From NCBI GenBank assembly GCA_039922495.1, contig JBDTEO010000029.1, positions 74,811 through 138,810 on the forward strand: a DNA stretch of 64,000 bases. The letters run 5' to 3'. Source of the DNA: Candidatus Dormibacter sp. (GTDB lineage Bacteria > Chloroflexota > Dormibacteria > CF-121). Below the pieces are notes generated by a model, which saw only the letters and a program-made list of their open reading frames with translations, had not been told where the DNA came from and searched no databases. Positions 1-9,136 of the stretch are shown here, piece by piece (positions within the stretch are counted from its first letter, which is position 1; the number at the start of each line of letters is the position of its first letter). The translations under genes and the position numbers were made by a program.

Positions 1-1
1 G

Positions 2-769
2 TACTGCAACCAGTTCGTGCATTTCAAGTCGCTGAATGGCACCAAGTCGAGCGCGCTCGGCCGCTTCGATGCGGAATCCCAGCAAGTCGTCGGCCTGGCC
101 CCGATGAAGAAAGAGATCTGGGGCATCCAGCCCAAGAACCTCGGCCAGCGGTTCGCCTTCGACATCCTGCTGGACGACCGGGTGCCCTTCGTCACGATGA
201 CCGGCCAGGCGGGCACCGGGAAGACCCTGCTGGCGCTGGCGGCCGGCCTCAGCAAAGTCCTCGACCAGCACCGCTTCCGCCGGTTGCTCGTCACCCGCCC
301 CGTGATCCCGATGGGCAAGGATGTCGGCTATCTCCCCGGCGATAAGGACGAGAAGCTCCGGCCCTGGATGCAGCCGATTTACGACAACCTCGAGTACCTG
401 ATGGGCTGCATATACAAGGAGCAGATGGCGGCGGACATGATCCGGCACATCCAGGACAAGGGGATCTTCGAGGCCGAGGCCCTGACCTACATCCGCGGCC
501 GGAGCATCCCGCAGCAATTCATCATCGTCGACGAGGCCCAGAACCTGACCCCCCATGAGGTCAAGACGATCGTCTCCCGCGCCGGCGAGGGGACGAAGAT
601 CGTGCTCACGGGCGACCCGAACCAGATCGATCATCCCTACCTCGATTTCCGAAGCAACGGCCTCTGCTATGCGATCGAGAAATTCAAAGACAACCCGCTG
701 GCCGGCCACGTCACCCTGACCAAGGGGCAGCGCTCCGAACTGGCCGAGCTGGCGGCAAAACTGCTCTAG
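2..769 (+). CDS. PhoH-family ATPase, C-terminal part (5' end is upstream of the window; PhoH2/PIN-PhoH-like)
   Basis: Frame is open from base 2 (YCNQFVHFK...). Walker A GQAGTGKTLLALAAG, Walker B IIVDEAQN, GDPNQID motif. Stop at 767-769. Confidence 0.85.
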   Translation, partial: YCNQFVHFKSLNGTKSSALGRFDAESQQVVGLAPMKKEIWGIQPKNLGQRFAFDILLDDRVPFVTMTGQAGTGKTLLALAAGLSKVLDQHRFRRLLVTRPVIPMGKDVGYLPGDKDEKLRPWMQPIYDNLEYLMGCIYKEQMAADMIRHIQDKGIFEAEALTYIRGRSIPQQFIIVDEAQNLTPHEVKTIVSRAGEGTKIVLTGDPNQIDHPYLDFRSNGLCYAIEKFKDNPLAGHVTLTKGQRSELAELAAKLL

Positions 770-817
770 TGATCGGTCGACCCGGCGCCGGGCGCCCCGC
801 CTAGTACCGTAGAACCA

Positions 818-3544
818 GTGCAACGCACGCTGGTCGCCCTTGATCTCGAGACGACGGGCTTGAGCCCCCGCCTCGATCGGATCATCGAGGTCGGGGCGGT
901 CCGATTCCACGGAGACGAGGTCCTCGCGAGCTTCCAATCGCTGGTCAGGCCGGAGGTCCCGATCCCGGCGGCGGTGCAGGAGCTGACCGGGATCCGCGAT
1001 GCGGACGTGGTGGGCGCGCCCCATCCCGAGCAGGTCCTGGCCGAGCTGATCGATTTCGTCGGCGACAGCCCGGTCGTGGCCCACAGCGGCACCTTCGACC
1101 TCTCCTATCTCGGCCTCGGGGAAGATGGCCGCTCGCGCTACGTCCTGTTCGATACCCTCGACCTGGCGCGCATCGTCCTCCCGATGGCTCCCAGTCACAG
1201 CCTGCCGCATCTGTCCCACAGTCTCGGCCTGACCCACCGGCAACCGCACCGTGCCCTGTCCGACGCCGACGCCGCCCGCCAGCTGTTCAATTACCTCTGG
1301 CAGTTCGTTCGCGGCTTTCCCCCGGCGCTCCTCGATCAGCTGCTGGAGGTGACGGCCGGCTGGGAGGATCCGCTTCACGACTTTCTCACCGGGGCGGTGG
1401 CGGCCGGTCCGAGCGGGGCGTCAACCCTGACGCAGCCGGGACCGAACGCGACCCCTTTGTCGCGGGATACCAAGCCGTCAACCGATCCGCAGGCGATCCG
1501 GGCCCTGCTCGGCCCAACCGGGCCGATGGCCGAACGGCTCGACGACTACGAGCTTCGCGAGTCGCAATTGCAGATGACGCTGGCGGTGGCGCAACTCTTC
1601 GACCGAGGCGGCCGCCTGCTCGTCGAAGCCGGTCCCGGCACGGGAAAGTCACTCGCCTACCTGGTGCCGGCGGTGCATCATGCGGTGGCCACCGGGGAGC
1701 GGGTGGTGGTGGCCACGAACACGATCACCCTGCAGGAGCAGCTCTACGCAAAGGACATTCCCTTCCTGCGCAGCTGGCTGCCCTTCGATTTTCGCGCGGC
1801 CCTGCTGAAGGGCCGGTCGAACTATGTCAGCCTGCGCCGCTGGAACCGCTACCTGACGGCTCCGAGCCGCCGGGCGGATGGAAGCTGGTCGCCCGAGGAG
1901 GTCCGCTTCAAGCTGCGCATGCTCGTCTGGCTGGCCCAGACGCGGCACGGCGATCGATCCGAGATCAAGCTCAACGGACTGGACGACCTCTTCTGGCTGC
2001 GGGCGGCCTCCACAGCCGACGACTGCCTCGCCGGCCATTGCGAGAACTACCGGAGCAAGCGATGCTTCTACTGGAACAGCCGTCGCGCCGCCCAGGAGGC
2101 CGACGTGATCGTCACCAATCACGCGCTGCTGCTGGCCGATGCCCTGAAGGGAGGTTCCGTCCTGCCCGCCCATGAACATGTGATCGTCGACGAAGCGCAT
2201 CAGCTCGAAGAGGCGGCCGTCGAGGCCTTGACTCTCCGCGTGGGAGAGGAGGAGATGCTCGAAAGCCTTGACGGGACGATGACCTGGTTTCGGGCCGCCT
2301 GTGGAACGCCCAGCGCCCGACTGCAGGCGAACGCGGCCGAGCTGCGGCGCGCCTCGGGACGGTTTTTTGCGGACGCCCGTCAGACCACCAAATCCCTGCA
2401 ACCCGCGATTCCAGTCCGGCCGGGCCGCGAGGAGGCGATCATCCTGGATCAGGCCTGTCGCGCCCTGCCGGAGATGATCGACCTTGCCGCCCGCGCCGTC
2501 GAGCTGGTGGAGCGGGGGACGGGTCTGCTTCAGGAACTCCAGGCGGCCGCGGCCCGGCTCCCGCTGGAGACCCACTCGCACGCCGAACGCGAATTCGACC
2601 TGTTCACCACGCAGCTGGAGGGCCGGATCGCCGTGCTGGAGCAGGCCTTCCGCCGGCCGCGCCCCGACCGCCTGTACTGGGTCGGTGCGGAGCGGCGCTC
2701 CGGCCGTGCCCTCGTGCAGGCGGCGCCGACAACCGCGGGGCACCTGCTGCAAGAGGGGGCCTTTGCCGGGAAGACGACCGTGATTTTCACCTCGGCGAGC
2801 CTGGCGGTGGCCGAATCGTTTGACTATTTCAAGCGCGGCGTCGGCCTCAGTGACCTCAGCACGCATGAGATGGTTCTCGCCTCGCCCTTCGATTACCTGT
2901 CGCAGGCGCTCCTCTGCCTGCCCACCGATCTTCGTGAGCTGACCGACCCGGCTTTTCTCGACCAGGTCACGACCATCGTGGCCGACGTCGCGGAATCCAT
3001 CCAGGGCAGGACCCTGGTGCTTTTTACCGCCCACCAGCAACTGCGTGACGTCGCGGATCGCCTTCGAGCCCGGCTGAGCCACAGCAATCTACGGGTCCTC
3101 GCCCAAAACCTCGACGGAACCCGTCGCCAGCTGCTGGGCGAGTTTCAGGCGAACGCGCGGACGGTCCTTCTCGGCACCAGCAGCTTTTGGGAAGGCATCG
3201 ATGTCCCAGGGGATGCACTCTCGTGCGTCGTCATCGTGCGCCTGCCTTTCAAGGTCCCGGGTGACCCGTTGCAGCTCGCCCGCAGCGCCCGGCTCGCCGA
3301 TCCGTTTGGGCAGCTGGCGTTGCCCGAAGCCGTTCTCCGGCTCAAGCAGGGCTTCGGCCGGTTGATCCGGCGCCGAAGCGACCGCGGCGCGGTCGTGCTG
3401 CTCGACCACCGGATTGCCAACCGGGCGTACGGGCGCGCCTTTCTGGACGCGCTGCCCAGGGCCGCGATCAGCATGGGCGCCTCCGACGACATCGCACCAG
3501 CCATCGCGCAGTGGCTCAACCTGCCGAGCCCGGCGGCGGTATGA
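818..3544 (+). CDS. dinG: DnaQ-type 3'-5' exonuclease fused to a DinG/XPD-family ATP-dependent helicase
   Basis: GTG start. DEDDh motifs: LDLETTGL, HSGTFDLSYL, HRALSDADA. Helicase Walker A GPGTGKS, DEAH box VIVDEAHQLEE, C-terminal motifs FWEGIDVPG and QGFGRLIRR. Confidence 0.9.
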   Translation: MQRTLVALDLETTGLSPRLDRIIEVGAVRFHGDEVLASFQSLVRPEVPIPAAVQELTGIRDADVVGAPHPEQVLAELIDFVGDSPVVAHSGTFDLSYLGLGEDGRSRYVLFDTLDLARIVLPMAPSHSLPHLSHSLGLTHRQPHRALSDADAARQLFNYLWQFVRGFPPALLDQLLEVTAGWEDPLHDFLTGAVAAGPSGASTLTQPGPNATPLSRDTKPSTDPQAIRALLGPTGPMAERLDDYELRESQLQMTLAVAQLFDRGGRLLVEAGPGTGKSLAYLVPAVHHAVATGERVVVATNTITLQEQLYAKDIPFLRSWLPFDFRAALLKGRSNYVSLRRWNRYLTAPSRRADGSWSPEEVRFKLRMLVWLAQTRHGDRSEIKLNGLDDLFWLRAASTADDCLAGHCENYRSKRCFYWNSRRAAQEADVIVTNHALLLADALKGGSVLPAHEHVIVDEAHQLEEAAVEALTLRVGEEEMLESLDGTMTWFRAACGTPSARLQANAAELRRASGRFFADARQTTKSLQPAIPVRPGREEAIILDQACRALPEMIDLAARAVELVERGTGLLQELQAAAARLPLETHSHAEREFDLFTTQLEGRIAVLEQAFRRPRPDRLYWVGAERRSGRALVQAAPTTAGHLLQEGAFAGKTTVIFTSASLAVAESFDYFKRGVGLSDLSTHEMVLASPFDYLSQALLCLPTDLRELTDPAFLDQVTTIVADVAESIQGRTLVLFTAHQQLRDVADRLRARLSHSNLRVLAQNLDGTRRQLLGEFQANARTVLLGTSSFWEGIDVPGDALSCVVIVRLPFKVPGDPLQLARSARLADPFGQLALPEAVLRLKQGFGRLIRRRSDRGAVVLLDHRIANRAYGRAFLDALPRAAISMGASDDIAPAIAQWLNLPSPAAV

Positions 3545-4413
3545 AAACGCCCGGCCGGCTCACGGTCGCCCTGGCGCAAACCGATTCCGCGCTGGGGGAT
3601 CGCGATCGGAACCTGACCCATCACCGCGACTGGGTCGGGCGGGCGGTCGAGGCAGGGGCCGACCTCGTTGTCTTTCCCGAGCTCAGTCTGACTGGATATT
3701 TCCTAAAGGACCTGGTGCCGGAGATGGCGATGACCCTGGATGGGCTGGCGATCCGGGAGCTGTACGCGCTCTCGACGGAGGTCGACGTCGTGCTCGGCAC
3801 CGTGATCGAAGACCCCGATCACCGCTATTTCAACGCCAGCCTCTACCTCAGCGAGGGCGAGCTGGTCCATCTGCACCGCAAGGTGTACCTGCCGACCTAC
3901 GGCATGTTCGACGAGCAACGGTACTTCGCGTCCGGCGACCGCTTCCGAAGCTTCAAAACCGCTTACGGGAGGGTCGGGATGCTGGTCTGTGAGGACGTCT
4001 GGCACCTGTCCAGCGCCTACATCCTCGGGCTCCAGGGCGTCGACATGATCATCTGCCCGTCGGCGAGCCCCGGCCGTGGCGTGACCACTGACGAACGGCT
4101 GGGAACCGCGGAGTCCTACACCCTGCTGGGCCGGACCTACGCCGAGTTCCTCACGAACTTCTTCCTCTATTGCAACCGGGTTGGCTACGAAGACGGCGCC
4201 AACTTTTGGGGTGGGTCGATGGCGATCGGGCCCAATGGCGACATCATCACCGAGCAACAGGATGCGGACGAGGCGTTGGTGCTGGCCCGGCTCGACCTTG
4301 CCGACGTGCGGAGGGAGCGACTTACCAACCCGCTGCTGCGTGACGAGAATCTCGAGCTGACGATCAACGAACTGCGGCAGGTCTGGCATGAGCGGACCCG
4401 CAAGCCCTTCTAG
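3541..4413 (+). CDS. Carbon-nitrogen hydrolase (nitrilase superfamily); likely the glutaminase partner of the adjacent NAD synthetase
   Basis: ATGA overlap with the dinG stop. Glu-Lys-Cys triad contexts [26 protein letters not shown]. The 3' end overlaps nadE by 26 nt. Confidence 0.8.
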   Translation: MKTPGRLTVALAQTDSALGDRDRNLTHHRDWVGRAVEAGADLVVFPELSLTGYFLKDLVPEMAMTLDGLAIRELYALSTEVDVVLGTVIEDPDHRYFNASLYLSEGELVHLHRKVYLPTYGMFDEQRYFASGDRFRSFKTAYGRVGMLVCEDVWHLSSAYILGLQGVDMIICPSASPGRGVTTDERLGTAESYTLLGRTYAEFLTNFFLYCNRVGYEDGANFWGGSMAIGPNGDIITEQQDADEALVLARLDLADVRRERLTNPLLRDENLELTINELRQVWHERTRKPF

Positions 4414-5242
4414 CGCGGTCTTCCCGCCGCTCGCGATCAATGCGGAGCTGGTTCGCCGCATCCTCGTGGGCTTCATCCGGAACGAGGTCCGCAAGGTCGG
4501 CTTCGAACGCGTCGTCCTGGGGCTGAGTGGCGGTGTCGACTCCAGCCTGGTCGTGACCCTCGCCGCCGAGGCGCTCGGACCGCGGAACGTGAAGGCGGTG
4601 ATCATGCCCTACCGGAGCAGCGACAAAAAGAGTCGCAGCGACGCCATGAGCCTGATTCAGCAACTGGGCGTCGAGTCGCTCGAGGTCGATATCAGCCCCC
4701 AGATCGACGCCTATTATGCGCAATTTCCTGAGGCGGACCACAAGCGGCGAGGCAACAAGATGGCTCGCGAGCGGATGACGATCCTCTACGACCAGTCCTG
4801 GGCCTGGCGAGCGCTGGTCATCGGGACCAGCAACAAGACCGAGCTTCTGTTGGGATACGGCACGATTTACGGGGACATGGCCAGCGCCATCAATCCGATC
4901 GGCGACCTCTACAAGACGCAGGTCTGGCAGCTCGCCGACGCCGTCGGCGTGCCGACCGCGATCGTCCAGAAGGCCCCCTCGGCCGACCTCTGGGAGGGGC
5001 AGTCGGACGAGACCGAGCTGGGCTTCGGCTATCGGATGATCGACCAGCTCCTCTACTACCTGGTCGAGAAACGGTACGCCGTCGCCGAGCTGAAGGCCGA
5101 GGGCTTCGACCAGGCCTTCATCGATGACATCATCCGGCGGGTCCGCGACAACCAGTACAAGCGGCGCCTGCCGGTCATCGCCAAGCTCTCCTCGCGCACA
5201 ATCGACCGAGAGTTTCGCTATCCGCGGGACTGGGGCCATTGA
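4388..5242 (+). CDS. nadE: NAD+ synthetase (single-domain, NH3-type architecture)
   Basis: PP-loop GLSGGVDSS. NadE-family motifs [17 protein letters not shown] and DLYKTQV. Confidence 0.9.
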   Translation: MSGPASPSSAVFPPLAINAELVRRILVGFIRNEVRKVGFERVVLGLSGGVDSSLVVTLAAEALGPRNVKAVIMPYRSSDKKSRSDAMSLIQQLGVESLEVDISPQIDAYYAQFPEADHKRRGNKMARERMTILYDQSWAWRALVIGTSNKTELLLGYGTIYGDMASAINPIGDLYKTQVWQLADAVGVPTAIVQKAPSADLWEGQSDETELGFGYRMIDQLLYYLVEKRYAVAELKAEGFDQAFIDDIIRRVRDNQYKRRLPVIAKLSSRTIDREFRYPRDWGH

Positions 5243-5268
5243 GCGCCGCCGTCGCGGCTGTGGTGTGA

Positions 5269-5955
5269 GTGCCGACCCTCTACGTCGTCTCCACCCCGAT
5301 CGGCAACCTTGATGACATTACGCTGCGCGCGCTACACGTGCTGGAGTCCGCGCCACTGATCGCCGCGGAGGACACCCGCCACACGCTCAAGCTGCTCAAT
5401 CATTTTGGGTTCCGGCGGCCCCTCATCAGCCTGCATGCCAAGAACGAGCAGCGGCAACTGGAGACGATCCTGGCGAAGCTCAGCGAGCATGACGTCGCCC
5501 TCGTCTCCGATGCGGGAACGCCGGCACTGTCCGACCCGGGCGTCCGCCTGGTCAGCGCGGCCGTGCGCAATGGAGTGGTGGTGGTCCCGATCCCAGGCGC
5601 GTCCGCCGTGCTCGCGGCGCTGGTCAGCGCCGGTCTGCCGACCAATCAGTTCACCTTTTTGGGGTTCCTGCCGCGAAAGCGCGGCGAGCTGGGACGGTTG
5701 CTCGAGGACGTCGGCGCCGCCAAACGGACCTTCGTCTTCTTCGAATCCCCGCATCGAATCGTAAAGACCTTGGATATAATGGCGTCCACCCTCGGCCCCC
5801 GTTCGCTCGTGGTGGCGCGGGAGATCACCAAGGTCCATGAAGAATTTCTTCATGGGACGCCGGCGACGCTCCTGGAGCACTTCAAAAACGCTCCACCCCG
5901 CGGCGAGCTGACGGTCGTGGTTGCCGGCAGCGATTGGAAAGCACCACATGAGTAA
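5269..5955 (+). CDS. rsmI: 16S rRNA (cytidine1402-2'-O)-methyltransferase
   Basis: GTG start. N-terminus LYVVSTPIGNLDDITLRAL... AEDTR is typical of the RsmI tetrapyrrole-methylase fold. Length 228 aa. Confidence 0.85.
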   Translation: MPTLYVVSTPIGNLDDITLRALHVLESAPLIAAEDTRHTLKLLNHFGFRRPLISLHAKNEQRQLETILAKLSEHDVALVSDAGTPALSDPGVRLVSAAVRNGVVVVPIPGASAVLAALVSAGLPTNQFTFLGFLPRKRGELGRLLEDVGAAKRTFVFFESPHRIVKTLDIMASTLGPRSLVVAREITKVHEEFLHGTPATLLEHFKNAPPRGELTVVVAGSDWKAPHE

Positions 5956-7489
5956 GTTCTACGTCACCACGGCCATCGTGTACCCGAACGCGGCGCCGCA
6001 GCTTGGATTCATTTACGAGCTGGCCGCGACGGACGCGCTGGCACGCTACCACCGCATGATCGGTGACGACACCTTCTTTTTGACCGGGACGGATGAACAT
6101 TCCCAGAACGTCCGCCGCCGCGCCGAGGAGGAAGGCATCTCGACGGAGGCCTTCACCGCCCGGATGGCCCAGCTCTACCGCGACGTCGAGGCGCGGTTCA
6201 GCATCGCCTACGACCGCTTCATCCGGACCGAGGACGAGGATCATGTCCGAGGGGTCCAGGCCTTCATCGCCAAGATGCAGGCGCGCGGCGATATCTACAA
6301 GGGGTCGTACGAAGGCTGGTATTGCGTGTCCTGCGAGGCCTTCAAGCAGGACGCCGACCTCAACGACGGCTACTGCCTGATCCACCCCAGGCTCAAGGCG
6401 CAATGGCTCAAAGAGGAGAACTATTTCTTCAAGTTATCCGCCTACCAGGAGCGGCTGCAGCAGCACATCGAGAAGCACCCCGACTTCATTCGGCCGGAGT
6501 CCAGGCGCAACGAGATCCTTGGCTGGCTGAAGACCGGCCTCCAGGATTTCAGCATCTCGCGGTCGACGATCAAGTGGGGGATTCCGTTCCCTGGCGACGA
6601 CCGGCACGTCGTCTATGTCTGGGGCGATGCCCTGGTCAACTACGTCACGGGGGTCGGCTATGGGGCGGACGAGGCCAGGTTCAAGAAGTGGTGGCCGGCC
6701 GACCTCCACGTGATTGGCAAGGACATCACCCGATTCCACACGCTGTATTGGCCGGCCATGCTGATGTCGGCCGGCCTCCCGGTCCCAAAGCGGGTCTATG
6801 CGCACGGGTTTCTCACGGTGCACGGCGAGCGGATGAGCAAGAGTGCGGGCAACTACATCGACCCGCTCGAGGCCGCGAATCGCTTCGGGGCGGACGCCGT
6901 CCGCTACCTCCTGCTCCGGGAGCTGCCCTTCGATCGCGACGGGGATATCAGTTTCGAGACGATGACCGACCGGTTCAATGCCGACCTGGCCAACGACCTC
7001 GGCAACTTTGTCTACCGGACGCTGTCCATGCTGCAGCGCTACTTCGACGGGAAGGTTCCGGCGCCGGACGGCGATGCGACCCCGCTCGACGACCAGCTGC
7101 GCGCTCCATTCGAGCGCGCCGTGAGCGGCCTGGACAAGCACATGAAGGCCCTCGATTTCAACGGCGCCCTGGGCCAGACCTGGGAGGCGATCAACCGCGG
7201 CAACAAGTACATCGAGGAATCCGCACCCTGGGTGCTCGCCAAGCAATCGGATCAGCGTAAGCGGCTGCAAACGGTGATGTACAACCTGGTGGAAGCCATT
7301 CGCCTGACCACCTTCCTGATCGCGCCGTTCCTGCCGGAAACCGCGGGCAAGATCGCCGGCCAGGTCAAGGTCGACCTGCGGGCGCCCTGGACTGAAGCGC
7401 GGGAATGGGGCCGGCTGGTTCCTCGGACCCAGACCAGCCTCGGCGGCGTCCTCTTTCCCCGCATCGAGAAGCCGGAGCCGGTCGCCTGA
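5948..7489 (+). CDS. metG: Methionine--tRNA ligase (short form, no C-terminal tRNA-binding domain)
   Basis: Start taken at ATG 5948 (MSKFYVTTAIVYPN). KMSKS-type loop RMSKSAGN and CxxC knuckle YCVSCEAF. The HIGH position reads QLGF (see findings). Confidence 0.9.
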   Translation: MSKFYVTTAIVYPNAAPQLGFIYELAATDALARYHRMIGDDTFFLTGTDEHSQNVRRRAEEEGISTEAFTARMAQLYRDVEARFSIAYDRFIRTEDEDHVRGVQAFIAKMQARGDIYKGSYEGWYCVSCEAFKQDADLNDGYCLIHPRLKAQWLKEENYFFKLSAYQERLQQHIEKHPDFIRPESRRNEILGWLKTGLQDFSISRSTIKWGIPFPGDDRHVVYVWGDALVNYVTGVGYGADEARFKKWWPADLHVIGKDITRFHTLYWPAMLMSAGLPVPKRVYAHGFLTVHGERMSKSAGNYIDPLEAANRFGADAVRYLLLRELPFDRDGDISFETMTDRFNADLANDLGNFVYRTLSMLQRYFDGKVPAPDGDATPLDDQLRAPFERAVSGLDKHMKALDFNGALGQTWEAINRGNKYIEESAPWVLAKQSDQRKRLQTVMYNLVEAIRLTTFLIAPFLPETAGKIAGQVKVDLRAPWTEAREWGRLVPRTQTSLGGVLFPRIEKPEPVA

Positions 7490-8265
7490 TCGATTCGCAC
7501 GCGCACCTTCTCCATCTCCGCGACGCGCTCAGCCCGGCCGAGGCGATCGAGGACGGCCGGGCGGCCGGGGTGGAAGCTGTCATCAACATCGGTGACGATG
7601 CATCCGACAACCGTCCCGGGATCGAGTTGACTGAGCGCATTCCGGGCTTGCGGACCACGGTGGGCCGGCATCCGCACGCGGCCGCGGAACCCATCACGGC
7701 GGCCGCCCGCCGGGAATTGCGCGAGCTCGCCCAGCACGCAAATACCGTGGCCATCGGGGAAATCGGCCTCGACTATCACTTCACCGACTACCATCGCGTC
7801 CCCGCCGCCCCTCAAGCAGACACGCTGCGGCAGATGCTCGCTCTCGCCCAGGAGGTCGATAAGCCCGTGGTGCTCCACACCCGGGATGCGTTCCCCGAGA
7901 TCTTCGCCATCCTCGATGAATTCCCTGGCGTGCAAGGGGTCTTTCATTGCTTCAGCGGCAACGCGGCGCTGGCGGCCGAAGGCCTCGCGCGCGGCTTCTA
8001 TCTATCATTTGCGGCGACGGTGACCTACCCGGGGGCGCACGGCATCATCGGTGCGGCCAGCATCGTCCCGCTGGACCGGATGCTGGTCGAAACTGACGCG
8101 CCCTTTCTGCCACCACAGAGTCGGCGGGGGAAGCCGAATGCGCCTCGCTATCTTCCCGAGACCGTCAAGCGGATCGCGGACCTCCGTGGCATCACGCCCG
8201 CGGCCGTCGCGGCGGCGACCCGGCGGAACACCATCGACCTCTTCCGGCTAGGCCACGCCAGCTAG
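7486..8265 (+). CDS. TatD-family metal-dependent hydrolase/DNase
   Basis: LIDSHAHL at 7486 aligns with the family N-terminus M-x-D-[ST]-H-x-H-L. CTG 7486 overlaps the metG TGA (CTGA), with GGAG 8 nt upstream. The ORF-track ATG at 7405 would add 27 non-conserved residues inside metG. Confidence 0.8.
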   Translation: MIDSHAHLLHLRDALSPAEAIEDGRAAGVEAVINIGDDASDNRPGIELTERIPGLRTTVGRHPHAAAEPITAAARRELRELAQHANTVAIGEIGLDYHFTDYHRVPAAPQADTLRQMLALAQEVDKPVVLHTRDAFPEIFAILDEFPGVQGVFHCFSGNAALAAEGLARGFYLSFAATVTYPGAHGIIGAASIVPLDRMLVETDAPFLPPQSRRGKPNAPRYLPETVKRIADLRGITPAAVAAATRRNTIDLFRLGHAS

Positions 8266-8296
8266 GAACGCGCCGCTCGACCTCGCGGATCCGGAT

Positions 8297-9136
8297 GTGA
8301 TCCGGGGCATCACGCGCCGGTTCCAGATCCGGTTTCAGCGCAAGTGGGGCCAGAACTTTTTGGCCGACCGCCAGAGTCTGGACCGCCTCGTCGAGGCGCT
8401 CGAGCTTTCGAAGGACGATCGTGTCCTTGAAGTCGGCCCGGGCCTCGGAGTCCTGACGGTCGAGCTGTCCCGCCGCGCCGAGCAGGTGGTTGGCATCGAG
8501 ATCGATCCGAACTGCATCCGGGCGCTGGAGTTGACCGTCCGGGATCGGCCGAATGTTCGAATCGTCCAGGGGGACGTGCTTCGGACGCCGATCGGCGAGC
8601 TACTGCAGACGCCCTACCGGGTCCTGGGCAACATCCCCTACAACCTCACCGGCGCCCTGATGGTCTACCTCCTCGAGCAGCCCCGCACGGCCTCCCGGAT
8701 CGACCTCGTGGTGCAGAAGGAGGTGGCGGAGCGGCTGGCAGCACCCGCGGGAGCCTGGAGCCTCGCGACCCTGGGGGTGCGGGTCTACGGGCGTCCGAAG
8801 ATCCTGATGACCCTTCCGCGCGAGGCCTTTTTTCCGCCACCCCAGGTGGCCTCGGCGCTGCTGCGGATCGTGCCCGACCCTGTCCCGGCGGTGCCCCTCG
8901 ATCAGCTGCCCGCCTTTTTTCGTTTTGTCACACCCTTCTTTCAGGCGCGGCGCAAGCAACTGGCCTTCGCCATGGCGCGCGGCCTAGCCGTCCCGAATGT
9001 GGAGGCTCGCGAGCGGCTGGCCGTTATAGGCATCGACCCGGCTCGGCGCGCCGAGACCCTGGGGCTCGAGGAATGGAAACGCCTCTTCGAGAAGGAGCGT
9101 TCGAACTGGAGACTCGATACGATACAGGCGCGTTGA
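8297..9136 (+). CDS. rsmA: 16S rRNA (adenine1518/1519-N6)-dimethyltransferase
   Basis: KWGQNFL motif, SAM-binding VLEVGPGLGVLT, NIPYN motif. Confidence 0.9.
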   Translation: MIRGITRRFQIRFQRKWGQNFLADRQSLDRLVEALELSKDDRVLEVGPGLGVLTVELSRRAEQVVGIEIDPNCIRALELTVRDRPNVRIVQGDVLRTPIGELLQTPYRVLGNIPYNLTGALMVYLLEQPRTASRIDLVVQKEVAERLAAPAGAWSLATLGVRVYGRPKILMTLPREAFFPPPQVASALLRIVPDPVPAVPLDQLPAFFRFVTPFFQARRKQLAFAMARGLAVPNVEARERLAVIGIDPARRAETLGLEEWKRLFEKERSNWRLDTIQAR

